Source: a virus (taxonomy: Duplodnaviria > Caudoviricetes). Taken from it: 61,280 nt of DNA. Positions 37,993-48,075 of the stretch are shown piece after piece. A model generated the notes under the pieces. That model was not told the origin of the DNA. It saw only the letters and a list, made by a program, of their open reading frames with translations, and made no database searches. The DNA lies in the IMG/VR virus record IMGVR_UViG_3300034121_000204, positions 1 through 61,280 of that record. The stretch is one strand, 5' to 3'. Every line of letters starts with the position of its first letter. The first letter of the stretch is position 1. The position numbers and the translations under genes are program-made.

Positions 37993-40211
37993 TATTTTAT
38001 TATTTCGCTTCTAGTTCCACGATTGTCGTATCTTACAAATTTAATACTTATTTTCGATTCTTTTTTCTCTGTTTCAAATAAATGCTTACGTGTAGCCATA
38101 ATTGCTAAACCAGAACTAATCGAGGCATCATGTTTAGTCCTATTATTTGGATCAAATTTAGCCCAATCTTCCAAAGTCTTAGTAAAGTACATTGATCCCA
38201 TACAGTCAGGATCTCTGTAAGTTCCCTCAGTATCAAGCCCTACATACTCCTCGATATATGTCTCAATTGATGAGGCGTGAGCTTGCCTAACATCCTCAGA
38301 TGAGTTAGGTATCCCACCTATCTCTATCTCGGTCTTAGATAGCTTTGTTTTATGCTTATCTGGCCTATTCATTGAGTAAGCTCTGTACCCTCTGTTCTTG
38401 AAGTGATATAGTAGTCTAGCCTTGTTATTCTCTGCCAACACTGGCATACCATAAAACACACAAGCCATTAACACATCCTCAAAAAATATCTCAGCAGTCT
38501 GAGGTCTTGCTATGTACTCTAAGAAGAACTCATTTGTTGGAGCGTTAGCCATGTGATACTTAGTCATGCCATGCAACGCACCATTAGATCCACCGCCTCC
38601 AACAACACCAGATATATCGTATGGATCGCATCCAAACGCACCTAAGTGCTCATTACCTGGATACTTCTTACCACCTCTAGTTATTACATTATTTCGCATC
38701 TTATGCTCTGGAATCCAAGAAACCAAGAACCTACCATTCTTATCTGGAGTCCAAATAACCTCGCTATCTAGCTTACCATTCTTCCAATGGAAGTACCCTC
38801 GTGTAATTACATGCTCCTTAATCAATGAGTCATTGTAGTCAATCTGTTGGTAAATCTTTGTCAAGTTGAATACTGACTGCTTAGATTCATCTCTAAAAGC
38901 ATGAGATTCAGTCCTTGGGAACTGACGGTAAAATTCATTCAATGCATCAGAGTCACTTTTCAATGCGGCTACCTCATTGTTCCACCAAGTAATAACGCCT
39001 TGCGTTATCATCTCTCCATCAATACCTTTAACTGGCTTACTAGGATCTTCAAATACAGGCCAACCGAACTCATCAATATATCCCTCAATATTCCACTCCA
39101 TTGGAATGAATAACGAATACAGACCACTCTTTGTCTGACCATTTGCAGACCTTACCTTTGGATCACTGTCGTTGTATAACTTCTTGAAATTCTCACCACC
39201 TTTATTTAATGCATTTGATGTCGAACCCATCATACACTTACCAACAATCTTACTACCTAACCTAAGACAAGTCTTTGTTACTCGCCAGTTATTTAATATG
39301 TTCTCAGGCTTCTCCCATTTACCAGACTCGTCATGTACAAGCATAAGTAACTTCTCACCATCGTAACTGTTGTCAGCTGTGTTCTTCCAGTCAATTGTTG
39401 TGTCAAGTCCATCAATCTCATCTTGATTTTCTTGATCCATGTTCTTACGTGTAATCTTACTAGCAGGAACACGAAAGGCAAGTTCAGTCTTTGGATTATC
39501 CATACCATCTTGGATAGGCTTGAAGAAGAATGGATAGTTCCTTACAATTGGAACAACTTTATCGGTAAACATCTTCTTAGCATCAGATCCAGTCTTAGAT
39601 AGTATACCAATCCTAGAGTCTCTTACTATTGTTCCAGTGTTACTTATTTCAGCACTAGACATGAATGAGAACCCAGAACGTCTGTTCTTTAAGTAGTCCA
39701 TACCAAACGACCTGTTGTCAGCTTTGCATGCTTCCCAATAGATATAGAATATTCTGTTTGATTCTCTGAAGTCAGGCAGACCAATGTCAATCTTCGTCCA
39801 TTGAAGATACATATAGTGCGTACCTGTTATATACGTTGGCTTGCTGTTATTTATAAACCAATAACCATTATCTCGCCTATCAAATTCGCCTTCAATAAAG
39901 TCAACGTACTTTGACTTAAATACGTTATCTCTTCTATTCCAATCAAATATTGTCTTGATCTTTTGAAGCTCAGATGAGTACTCTTGCGCTTGCCACTTAT
40001 TGTTAGTATTTGCTACGTTGTCAGGCCTTGATGGTAGTGCTACCTTTATACCATTTATGTCGTATATCTCTCCAATCATACCATCCTTAGATATGACAAC
40101 AACATCATAATCTTTATTGTACCCATACTCCCAAGACTTATGTCTGTTTTTGGTTATCAATACATTCTTAGGAATGTAATCATCAAGTATAATGTAAAGA
40201 TTATTTTCCAT
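37992..40211 (-). CDS. terL: terminase large subunit
   Basis: KNRRSGFS Walker A variant, LVHDESGKW Walker B, MGST, FGCDPYD nuclease motif. Confidence 0.92.
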   Translation of the reverse strand: MENNLYIILDDYIPKNVLITKNRHKSWEYGYNKDYDVVVISKDGMIGEIYDINGIKVALPSRPDNVANTNNKWQAQEYSSELQKIKTIFDWNRRDNVFKSKYVDFIEGEFDRRDNGYWFINNSKPTYITGTHYMYLQWTKIDIGLPDFRESNRIFYIYWEACKADNRSFGMDYLKNRRSGFSFMSSAEISNTGTIVRDSRIGILSKTGSDAKKMFTDKVVPIVRNYPFFFKPIQDGMDNPKTELAFRVPASKITRKNMDQENQDEIDGLDTTIDWKNTADNSYDGEKLLMLVHDESGKWEKPENILNNWRVTKTCLRLGSKIVGKCMMGSTSNALNKGGENFKKLYNDSDPKVRSANGQTKSGLYSLFIPMEWNIEGYIDEFGWPVFEDPSKPVKGIDGEMITQGVITWWNNEVAALKSDSDALNEFYRQFPRTESHAFRDESKQSVFNLTKIYQQIDYNDSLIKEHVITRGYFHWKNGKLDSEVIWTPDKNGRFLVSWIPEHKMRNNVITRGGKKYPGNEHLGAFGCDPYDISGVVGGGGSNGALHGMTKYHMANAPTNEFFLEYIARPQTAEIFFEDVLMACVFYGMPVLAENNKARLLYHFKNRGYRAYSMNRPDKHKTKLSKTEIEIGGIPNSSEDVRQAHASSIETYIEEYVGLDTEGTYRDPDCMGSMYFTKTLEDWAKFDPNNRTKHDASISSGLAIMATRKHLFETEKKESKISIKFVRYDNRGTRSEIIK

Positions 40212-40480
40212 TACTTCTTCTTTGCTCTACCTTCAGCAAATCCACCATTTCCTACAACTACTGTAGGTACAATGTTATTACTTTTATTCTCTTCATCCTC
40301 AATCTTCTGCAACATATTCAGAGCATCCTCAAATGCTAATCTCTTAGCAGACGCAGCATTCTTTAATTTGTCAGCTGATATGTCATCTTCTGAACGAGTA
40401 ATAATAGGCTCTTTTAGTACCTTTATCAACTCATCAATAGCTACCTTTGCTGCTTCTAGTATTTCTATTTTCTTAGACAT
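40211..40480 (-). CDS. probable terminase small subunit
   Basis: Small helical protein immediately upstream of terL. Confidence 0.45.
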   Translation of the reverse strand: MSKKIEILEAAKVAIDELIKVLKEPIITRSEDDISADKLKNAASAKRLAFEDALNMLQKIEDEENKSNNIVPTVVVGNGGFAEGRAKKK

Positions 40481-41025
40481 ATATTCCGATTATACATTCT
40501 GTAAAGAATCTCATCATTTATTCTGAATTCATACTCACTATCTGGGGTAAATGATACGATGTCTCCAACATTAACTTCTTCTAAATCATCATTCTTAAAT
40601 ACCAACTTACCCCAAAGCTCTTCAAGTCCAGATATAGGGCTGAATATTTTATCTTCAGAAGGTATTGGCTTAATGAAAACAAATGGAGATAGTGCATGCC
40701 AAGAATCTTTATTCTTGGAATACAGATAGACTTGCTCTGGCTCTACAATAAAGTAGTCATCAAACAAATGATGCCAGCTACTCTTTTGTCTGCCCCTCAT
40801 GTCATAGTAAAACTTAAAAACATTATGGTGAACTACCACAACATCGCCTTGTGTTATAGGACCTTCATAATAGATAGGAACAGAAATAACTTCAGCAAAT
40901 CTATTTGATACAGTGTGATCTTCTTGGGAGGCACTTATAATTAACTCACTATCTCCGTAAGTCCTTATGTTGTCGTACCGCCTCCCATCAATCGGCTTGA
41001 TGATAAAGCAGTATGGGGATTTCAT
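40465..41025 (-). CDS. GroES-like (tandem) domain protein
   Basis: Two repeats of F(I)IKP...V...GD.V pattern: FIIKP..AEVISVP..GDVVVV and VFIKP..GKLVF..VGDIVSF..YRM. Confidence 0.55.
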   Translation of the reverse strand: MKSPYCFIIKPIDGRRYDNIRTYGDSELIISASQEDHTVSNRFAEVISVPIYYEGPITQGDVVVVHHNVFKFYYDMRGRQKSSWHHLFDDYFIVEPEQVYLYSKNKDSWHALSPFVFIKPIPSEDKIFSPISGLEELWGKLVFKNDDLEEVNVGDIVSFTPDSEYEFRINDEILYRMYNRNICLRK

Positions 41026-41243
41026 TAGAAATTTATATTAAATTCAATTGATACAGGAACTGTGCTTGAGAATTCCTTCCACAAAACAATCTCGTCCTCT
41101 TTAATAATATAGAGTTTTATTCCATCCTCATTCCTAATGATTTGATAGATGGAATAACTCTTATCAAGTACTTCCTGACCTACAGTGTAGTTCATACACT
41201 TCATGTAGTCAGGACCTACTGATATTTTTCTAATTATATTCAC
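41025..41243 (-). CDS. hypothetical protein
   Basis: 72-aa ORF, translationally coupled. Confidence 0.65.
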   Translation of the reverse strand: MNIIRKISVGPDYMKCMNYTVGQEVLDKSYSIYQIIRNEDGIKLYIIKEDEIVLWKEFSSTVPVSIEFNINF

Positions 41244-41466
41244 CAGTTTGTAGATTTATGGTGATGTCACCATATTTTGCGATTACCTCTTCTTGATACT
41301 TAGCTAAGTCATGTACTGCTACTTCTAAGTTAGCAATAGTTGCTTTCTTTTGGTTTTTAAGTCTTTCGAATGAAAGCTCAATATCTGCAACTTGGAATTT
41401 AAGATCTCTAAAGTTTCTGTTTAACTCTGTCAATTTAGACAGCTCGTCTTGTTCTATTTTTTTCAT
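41230..41466 (-). CDS. small coiled-coil protein
   Basis: 78 aa ending KYGDITINLQTGEY; TATATTTG box at 41484-41491. Confidence 0.7.
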   Translation of the reverse strand: MKKIEQDELSKLTELNRNFRDLKFQVADIELSFERLKNQKKATIANLEVAVHDLAKYQEEVIAKYGDITINLQTGEYN

Positions 41467-41498
41467 TTTATTTAATTTTGCAACAAATATAATGAAAA

Positions 41499-41924
41499 TT
41501 AGTTATAAACCCTAACCTCAAGAGCACAATCAGTTAATATTCCGTCAGTTAAAATACCAGAAGCATTATATGTATTTATAATTAATATATTAGCATCATC
41601 TCTATATACTTCTGCTCTTGCTTTCCCAGGAGGTTGGTTTATTACAATCCAAGTCTTATTATTTACAAATGCACCAGTAAGTGTAGCGTAATATATTCCA
41701 GTAGATTCTTCATCTTTTGTAAATACAATGTTACCAATCGTATTTTCTAAAATATCAGGAATTGGTGCTCCAGTTGTTCTTTGAGTCAATAAAGCTGCAT
41801 ATACTTTATAAATCGTAGTGCCAAAATTTGACATTTCAAATTGCGCTTGATCTCCATTTGAATCACTACCAAATAACCTATCACCAGCTTCAGGCGTTTT
41901 AACTGCGTAATTATTTACTTTCAT
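41499..41924 (-). CDS. hypothetical structural protein
   Basis: 141-aa beta-rich ORF. Confidence 0.6.
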   Translation of the reverse strand: MKVNNYAVKTPEAGDRLFGSDSNGDQAQFEMSNFGTTIYKVYAALLTQRTTGAPIPDILENTIGNIVFTKDEESTGIYYATLTGAFVNNKTWIVINQPPGKARAEVYRDDANILIINTYNASGILTDGILTDCALEVRVYN

Positions 41925-42058
41925 CTCCCTTGTCCTTTATATGTTTTTTTATAATTCTTACTAGATTTAGACTTAGACGTTTTAGTTTTAGAATGAACGC
42001 CAGGTCTTGAAACCTTTGGGCTAGCTAAAAATGATGATGCGTCTTTTTGCTTTTTCAT
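41921..42058 (-). CDS. small basic protein (45 aa, ends KTYKGQGR)
   Basis: Read manually; ATGA overlap with the next gene; TAACTTTG box at 42063-42070. Confidence 0.6.
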   Translation of the reverse strand: MKKQKDASSFLASPKVSRPGVHSKTKTSKSKSSKNYKKTYKGQGR

Positions 42059-42067
42059 ATCACAAAG

Positions 42068-42715
42068 TTACAAATTTTTAAGCATCTCAATTACACGAGG
42101 ACATGGATACATGTCAGACTTGTCCTTACGTACAGAATTATGAGTATAGATACCATCCTCACCCTTCATTGCTCTCTTACATAGATCCCAAATATCATCG
42201 TCATAATCTTTTGATATGTCATACGTCTCACATAGATACACAACTAACTGACGCAAGCTCTCAATCTGCTTGTCAGTGTACTTGTGCCAATGGTAGTGCC
42301 CTTTAAATGGTTTGTCAAGTTTAGTAACTTCACTTATATCCATTGGCCTACCAACATAGTTATAAAACTTACCACCTTTCTCTGTCAAAGGCCCCCAGTT
42401 ACATACCTCAATACCAACTGAAAACTTATCTAGCGGCTTATAAGGAACACCAACATTTGAGAATGCGGCATTCTTTAATCCCAAGTGATAAGACCACTCC
42501 CTAGATGAGAAGCACTGAACAATAGTACCATTCGCACCAATTATAAATGCAGTAGCAACCCTTTCTTTTGTTCCGTCCCAATATCTTGCAACAGCAACAG
42601 GATCACCGCTACCAGCAGTGTGGTGTAAATAAATCTGATTCTTTGGAGTTTCCTCTTGGAAATATTGAGTAGTTTTCAATCTACTCTGAACTATTTTTGT
42701 TATATCTAACTTCAT
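42068..42715 (-). CDS. endolysin, N-acetylmuramoyl-L-alanine amidase (Amidase_2)
   Basis: IYLHHTAG, SVGIEVCN, YTDKQIESL, THNSVRKDKSD. Confidence 0.9.
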   Translation of the reverse strand: MKLDITKIVQSRLKTTQYFQEETPKNQIYLHHTAGSGDPVAVARYWDGTKERVATAFIIGANGTIVQCFSSREWSYHLGLKNAAFSNVGVPYKPLDKFSVGIEVCNWGPLTEKGGKFYNYVGRPMDISEVTKLDKPFKGHYHWHKYTDKQIESLRQLVVYLCETYDISKDYDDDIWDLCKRAMKGEDGIYTHNSVRKDKSDMYPCPRVIEMLKNL

Positions 42716-43137
42716 GCTAATTTTTCTGCTTCTTCTTTTGCTCTAGTTATAAACTCTCTTAGAGATTTTAATATATTCTTGCCAGTAACTGACTCATAAC
42801 TCTCATTTATTGATTTTACCTCAACAGCAACACAGAAGAATGCTACCATCTTTGTCATTACAAGGTCAATAGATATGAATTTAGCTATTAAATCAGATGC
42901 TATGTACTTCTCTATCAAAAATGAAAATAAGATAGCTCCTGAGTAAAGTAATGACTTACTTATAACGTGTGATAATCTTCTGCTTCTAATGGACTTCCAT
43001 CCGCTTTTCTTTACGCTACGCCAAATACCGAATCCAGTATCTAACATGATTGCCAATATGGCAATATATACCATAGGCTTAACTGGTGAAATAACTGCTA
43101 AAAACGATGTAGCTAAGAGTGTTAAGTTTGCTTTCAA
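42712..43137 (-). CDS. holin
   Basis: Three hydrophobic segments; LDTGFGIW and EVKSINES motifs; adjacent to the endolysin. Confidence 0.8.
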   Translation of the reverse strand: MKANLTLLATSFLAVISPVKPMVYIAILAIMLDTGFGIWRSVKKSGWKSIRSRRLSHVISKSLLYSGAILFSFLIEKYIASDLIAKFISIDLVMTKMVAFFCVAVEVKSINESYESVTGKNILKSLREFITRAKEEAEKLA

Positions 43138-43583
43138 AATAAGTAAAATTTTATAATTCTGTATGTAACATATATCACTAACAAAATTAATAAAATTCCT
43201 ATAATATTATTTAGCAAGGTTTTATACCAAGGAGTCTTTTCATATATCTTAATAGGGATCTTTCTGTAGACCACTCTCTCTATAGGTTTCTCGATATATA
43301 TAGTGTCACATTTACCGCTGATATATACCTTATCTTTCACTCTCCATACCTTTACTTTAATACGATCCTTGTATAATGTAATCGTATCATAAAGCTTGTA
43401 AGCATCAACAACTGTATCAATCTCAACCTCTGGGACTGTTATGCGAATTGTATCACGTATAGTATCCTTCACTATAAGCGTGTCACTAGTTAAAAGATAT
43501 GGATACTTCTTAACTAACCTATTAAACCTTCGTTGAGGTGTGCAAGCTGCTAAAGCAAATAAAAATATTATTAAATATTTCAT
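43134..43583 (-). CDS. putative unimolecular spanin (lipoprotein with C-terminal TM)
   Basis: Lipobox LAAC at residue 14; C-terminal IIGILLILLVIYVTY; in the lysis cassette. Confidence 0.65.
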   Translation of the reverse strand: MKYLIIFLFALAACTPQRRFNRLVKKYPYLLTSDTLIVKDTIRDTIRITVPEVEIDTVVDAYKLYDTITLYKDRIKVKVWRVKDKVYISGKCDTIYIEKPIERVVYRKIPIKIYEKTPWYKTLLNNIIGILLILLVIYVTYRIIKFYLF

Positions 43584-43801
43584 TCAAAAGGTGGTGGTGT
43601 TGGTTTTGGTTCAAAAGGACTTAATGGTATATCTAATAAATAAGCGTATTGAGTTGGTGCAATGTCCGCTTCATCTTGCTCACTTAAAAATAAAAAATAT
43701 ACATCGTTAATATCTTGAACGAAATTAAAAAATGTATCAGCATCAAAGAATACACCTTGTAAATCTTCCGCTGTTTGGTTTGTTACTATTCTACCTTCCA
43801 T
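43580..43801 (-). CDS. small fibre-associated protein
   Basis: 73 aa with FNFVQDIND and Pro-rich tail, coupled to the fibre gene. Confidence 0.6.
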   Translation of the reverse strand: MEGRIVTNQTAEDLQGVFFDADTFFNFVQDINDVYFLFLSEQDEADIAPTQYAYLLDIPLSPFEPKPTPPPFE

Positions 43802-46026
43802 TATATGTAACGTGTTTTTTGATTATTATAATTATTAAGTATTTGCGTAGCACTTAAATTTGTTGTATAAGCCTGTATTTGTGGCATTCTACCATTTAAA
43901 TAACCACTAAATCCATTTGCTAAAAATGTAGTTGCAGCAGTGTTAGCTCCTGTTCCACCAACATAAGTAGTTATTTCCTCAATGCCATTAGTGTAAAACT
44001 TAACTGTTGTTCCGTCGTAAGTTATTGCTAAATTATACCATGTATTTGTTGTTATTGTTTGAGTAATTTGATACCCACCATTAACATACCAACGTATTGT
44101 AGTAGGGTTTTGTCTTTGTAGCAATAACCAAGGATTTGCCGAACTTGTTCCATCTGCCATTTGGAAAACTCCTACACTCGATTGAGAGCCACTTATATAT
44201 ACCCAAAATTGAATAGTCCATTTTCCAGTTACATTAGCTAAAGCGTTTTTACTTAATGGAATTGATACATAATCATCAACCCCATCATATACTAAAACAC
44301 CTCCATTTGATGTGCTATAAGCAACACCGCCATTTAAAGTTCCATTATATCCATTTGAACTACTTATGTCAGTCCAAACTGTACCAGTTCCAGGATATGA
44401 CAATGAATTACCAGCATCTAAATTTAATATTTGATTTTCAATCATTTCCCTTCCTAAAGTTGTTTGAAATGCTTGTACTGCTGTGTAAAAGTTAGCTGCT
44501 TCGGTGTCAGTTAAACCGTCTCCTATTGAGGCAAAGGCACATTGTTTATTTGAGTAAAAATCTACGCTATTAGGAAGTACTTTTCTGGCACCTAAATAAA
44601 TATTTCCGTTTGGTAAATTATTGGTGTCATTAACAGTTATTGTATTTTGAGAAGCACCATTAAAATATAACTCTCTATCATTGCTACTTCTTTTTGTACC
44701 TAACCAAAAACCACGAGCATCTGTTGTTGTTGTAAATGCGCCGCCTCCAGTACTTCCAGCATAGTAATTAGATGCTGTTCTTATTTGATTATAAATTGAG
44801 CTACCGTCAAATACACCTATTTCAACTTGTGAACCAACTGTGAGTGTTCTTGAATAATAAGATAGATGATTTGTAGTATTGACAACTGTTTGTGCATTTA
44901 AAAAAGTATCAGCATAAGCATTTAATGGTGTCATTCCATTTGCTGAATGAGTCCACCCAGTTGCAAAAGTCAAGTTATAAGTACCTGGAGTCTTAAGATT
45001 GACAGCATGGCTAGAAGCCGTTCCCCCAACTATTGGGTATATAGCTTTGAACTTTGTCCAAATGTTATACCCTTTTAAGTCAGTTACCAAAGTATTAATG
45101 GCACTTTTTTGAGTGTTATCAGTTATTCCAGCAGCATCAATAAATGCTTGTGCATCTGGATCTGATACATATATTGAATAATAAGTGTTAATTTCTGTTT
45201 GAATTCCAGCTCTATCAGAGGCTCTATTAGTTGTGTAAATAATAGCTTCTTGTATTGTACCATTAAAATATGTATGAGTTAATTGACTATTATCATTTGC
45301 AATTGCTCTTACTATTAAATTATTTCTTCCAGCTGTACCAGTCACTAATGTACCATTTATAGCTTGACCTGCTGCTGTAGATGAACCATAAGCAAATTGT
45401 AAGTATTGAGTATTAATTACAGCCGAACCAGCTGCGCCCAATATTTCAAGTGATGCATTATTCTCATAATAAAATGAAGATCGACCAATCCTTGCGCCTA
45501 AACCAGCATCTTGAACAGAACCTGAACTATATGCTGTAATGGTTGTTGAACCATCCCAAGGACTTCCCCCACTACTAATTACATCATATTTATTAACTGA
45601 AATCAAAGTTAAACCAGTTGAACCAGTTATTTGTGTAAATCCTAATCTATCATTTGTACCATCAAAATCTAATGAAACCTTACCATTTGTTGTAATTAAA
45701 CTTCCACTTGAAACTATTTGTGGCTGTGCTGTTGCAGTTGCATTGGTAGCGTTTCTCGCATTTCCTGATTGGTCATACCACGTTGTAACAAAACCATTTC
45801 CAGCCCCACAAAATGTAAGCAAAGAAGCTGTATCTAAAACATTATTAACAAAACCAATATCTTGTACTGCATCATCAATTGACCTTCTTACTTGAATACA
45901 ATTACCTGTGTACGCAGAACGAAGTTTGCGTAATGAATAAGCTGCTGCTGCACCTGAATAAGTGTCAAGTAATAAAGATCCAACAGGTGCTTTCGGCATT
46001 AAAGAAATTAGACTGTAGTAGCTCAT
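43801..46026 (-). CDS. multi-domain lectin/LamG-type fibre or spike protein
   Basis: AAYSLRKL..WYDQSGN..FDGTND; DPDAQAFIDAAG module; LDAGN..SYPGTGT..DGVDDY..WYNLAITYDG LamG domain. Confidence 0.8.
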   Translation of the reverse strand: MSYYSLISLMPKAPVGSLLLDTYSGAAAAYSLRKLRSAYTGNCIQVRRSIDDAVQDIGFVNNVLDTASLLTFCGAGNGFVTTWYDQSGNARNATNATATAQPQIVSSGSLITTNGKVSLDFDGTNDRLGFTQITGSTGLTLISVNKYDVISSGGSPWDGSTTITAYSSGSVQDAGLGARIGRSSFYYENNASLEILGAAGSAVINTQYLQFAYGSSTAAGQAINGTLVTGTAGRNNLIVRAIANDNSQLTHTYFNGTIQEAIIYTTNRASDRAGIQTEINTYYSIYVSDPDAQAFIDAAGITDNTQKSAINTLVTDLKGYNIWTKFKAIYPIVGGTASSHAVNLKTPGTYNLTFATGWTHSANGMTPLNAYADTFLNAQTVVNTTNHLSYYSRTLTVGSQVEIGVFDGSSIYNQIRTASNYYAGSTGGGAFTTTTDARGFWLGTKRSSNDRELYFNGASQNTITVNDTNNLPNGNIYLGARKVLPNSVDFYSNKQCAFASIGDGLTDTEAANFYTAVQAFQTTLGREMIENQILNLDAGNSLSYPGTGTVWTDISSSNGYNGTLNGGVAYSTSNGGVLVYDGVDDYVSIPLSKNALANVTGKWTIQFWVYISGSQSSVGVFQMADGTSSANPWLLLQRQNPTTIRWYVNGGYQITQTITTNTWYNLAITYDGTTVKFYTNGIEEITTYVGGTGANTAATTFLANGFSGYLNGRMPQIQAYTTNLSATQILNNYNNQKTRYI

Positions 46027-46027
46027 A

Positions 46028-47941
46028 TTATACTTCTGTTGTTACACCAATTGCATCCCATCTACTATCTGTTGAATTGTAAATTAATCCAACATAAGTT
46101 GTCTTGCTTATTACTGTTGTTGTAGGCAAAGTAACTCCAATTGCTCTATATCCTCCAGCACCAGATGTCCAAGTGATTCCTCTTGCAGTGCCATCATCTT
46201 TAATTCTTATCATTAATGCTTGACCTTGAACAGGACTTCCTGTAGGAGCTGCTAATGTTAATGCTGCTGCTTGCGCTGTTATAACTACTAAATCATTAGC
46301 TGATGTAGGTGTAACTGTTGCTGAACTTGTAACTGATTGAACATTTGGAGCTGCCGATAAAGTCCCCCCTGACAAAGTTAATCCAGTTCCTACACTAATT
46401 TCTTCCATTACTCCAGTTCCAGCAGTGCTTCTACCAATTAACTTATTAGTAGCCATTGAAGTGGATATAGTAGGAGAAACTCCTCCTGAAGAAGTTATTG
46501 GTCCTGTTGCACCAACCGAAGTTACTGTTCCTACATTCCAAGTCCTATCTACTGATAAATCTTGTGTTGTTCCATTTATTGTTAAGTTTCTTGAAGTAGG
46601 TACACCACCTAATCCGCTTAATGTTTGATCGCCTGTATTTGTACCAGATAATGTTATTCCGCTGTCTTTGATTATCTTACCAGTAGTGCCATCAAAAAAT
46701 GCTACATTATTGTTAGTTGAACTAGCAGGTCCAGTTACAGCCCCTACAATATTTTTCTGTATTGCATTCCAATAAGAACCAACTGTTGCTTGATTACCAC
46801 TTACTGTTCCATCAGTATTACAGATAAGCATATCTCCTACCTCAACATCAATACCTGATGCGCCACCTATTTTACCAGCAACACTTACAATATACATCCA
46901 TCCTGCATCAGCAGCAGGATAGTTAGGATTTGCAGAACAATCAATTACACCTTTATAAACAAGAGCGTTTGCATTTCCTAAAATATTATCAGCATAAGTC
47001 TTAACAGCATTCTGAGTAGGGTATAATGTATCGCTTGTGCCTAAAGATGTATTTGTAGATTTATTAGACACATTCTCAGGAGTATATCCTAATGCAGTTG
47101 CAATAGTTTTATTCTTCCATAGTTGAGTTGAACTCTCATAGATTAATGCGTCATTATTTGCCAATGTAGCTGGGTTAATGTACACGTTATGAAGCTCGTC
47201 AAGCTCCCATCCGTTCATTATCTTAACGTAAATCTTACCATTGTTAACGTGAGCATACTCAACATATCCTATTATGACAATATGACCTGTTGCACCTGTT
47301 GGCTTAACTTTAGTAATAGCACCTGGTATTGTTGGTGATAAATATAACACATCACCATCAGCCCAAGTTTCACCTTGCAAACTTCCAGTTGTGTTTATAT
47401 TTTCAATCTGACCAACTGTCATTATAAATCCTTCTTGATTTGTAGGTATCGTCTCAATAACAAGACCTAACGTGTCAGCTGAATTGTTGTCATTATTAGC
47501 TTGAGCATAAGCAACAGCCAATCTTTGACCTTGAGCACCTGATACTTTAACAACAGGATATGTAGCCTTTGTTAGTGTCGTATTCGGAGTAACCTTATTA
47601 ACTATTCTTGCTACTAAGTCAACACCGTTCTTCAGTATAACTGAACCACCTTTTAAGGTAGTTTCTGAACTTCCTAATGTATTATTCCATCTAGTAGTTC
47701 CTACTGCTGCTGTACCTGTTGGTAATACGTCTAAAGTTAATTGACCAGCCTTTAATTCGTATTCACCTAAATCAACATTTGTAGTAGCTCCTGTGTAGGG
47801 TACTCTATTTCCAACTAACTCAGCTCCAGTTATCTTTTTGCTTACATACGTAAGTCCACTAACTTCACTAACTTCAAGCAAATCAGTAGCTGCTACATTG
47901 GCCGCTTTTGCAGGTAATTGACTTATTTTTATTTGTGCCAT
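46028..47941 (-). CDS. fibre protein
   Basis: KISQLP N-terminus, ELDELHNV, TNTGDQ and G/T/S-rich fibre repeats. Confidence 0.8.
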   Translation of the reverse strand: MAQIKISQLPAKAANVAATDLLEVSEVSGLTYVSKKITGAELVGNRVPYTGATTNVDLGEYELKAGQLTLDVLPTGTAAVGTTRWNNTLGSSETTLKGGSVILKNGVDLVARIVNKVTPNTTLTKATYPVVKVSGAQGQRLAVAYAQANNDNNSADTLGLVIETIPTNQEGFIMTVGQIENINTTGSLQGETWADGDVLYLSPTIPGAITKVKPTGATGHIVIIGYVEYAHVNNGKIYVKIMNGWELDELHNVYINPATLANNDALIYESSTQLWKNKTIATALGYTPENVSNKSTNTSLGTSDTLYPTQNAVKTYADNILGNANALVYKGVIDCSANPNYPAADAGWMYIVSVAGKIGGASGIDVEVGDMLICNTDGTVSGNQATVGSYWNAIQKNIVGAVTGPASSTNNNVAFFDGTTGKIIKDSGITLSGTNTGDQTLSGLGGVPTSRNLTINGTTQDLSVDRTWNVGTVTSVGATGPITSSGGVSPTISTSMATNKLIGRSTAGTGVMEEISVGTGLTLSGGTLSAAPNVQSVTSSATVTPTSANDLVVITAQAAALTLAAPTGSPVQGQALMIRIKDDGTARGITWTSGAGGYRAIGVTLPTTTVISKTTYVGLIYNSTDSRWDAIGVTTEV

Positions 47942-47945
47942 CTTA

Positions 47946-48074
47946 TTATTCTATTTCTCTGTAATCACCATTTTCAGTAACTCTGTAATCACCATTCTCT
48001 GTAACTCTTAAAAAAAAGTTAACAAGGCTTTTACCAACTCCTTTTATAACATTATTTATTGCTATCTGTATCAT
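47946..48074 (-). CDS. small protein (42 aa) with RVTENGDY tandem repeat
   Basis: Read manually: MIQIAINNVIKGVGKSLVNFFLRVTENGDYRVTENGDYREIE; 24-nt tandem repeat at about 47957-48008. Confidence 0.6.
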   Translation of the reverse strand: MIQIAINNVIKGVGKSLVNFFLRVTENGDYRVTENGDYREIE

Positions 48075-48075
48075 A

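Noticed and set aside
14118-40211. Stop-codon reassignment, introns or inteins as in some crAss-like phages
   Set aside because: Long genes are intact under the standard code and TAG/TGA are used as real stops; no intein or intron signature noticed in terL, portal or capsid.
43801-47941. Diversity-generating retroelement targeting the fibres
   Set aside because: No reverse transcriptase ORF, and I noticed no template/variable repeat pair.
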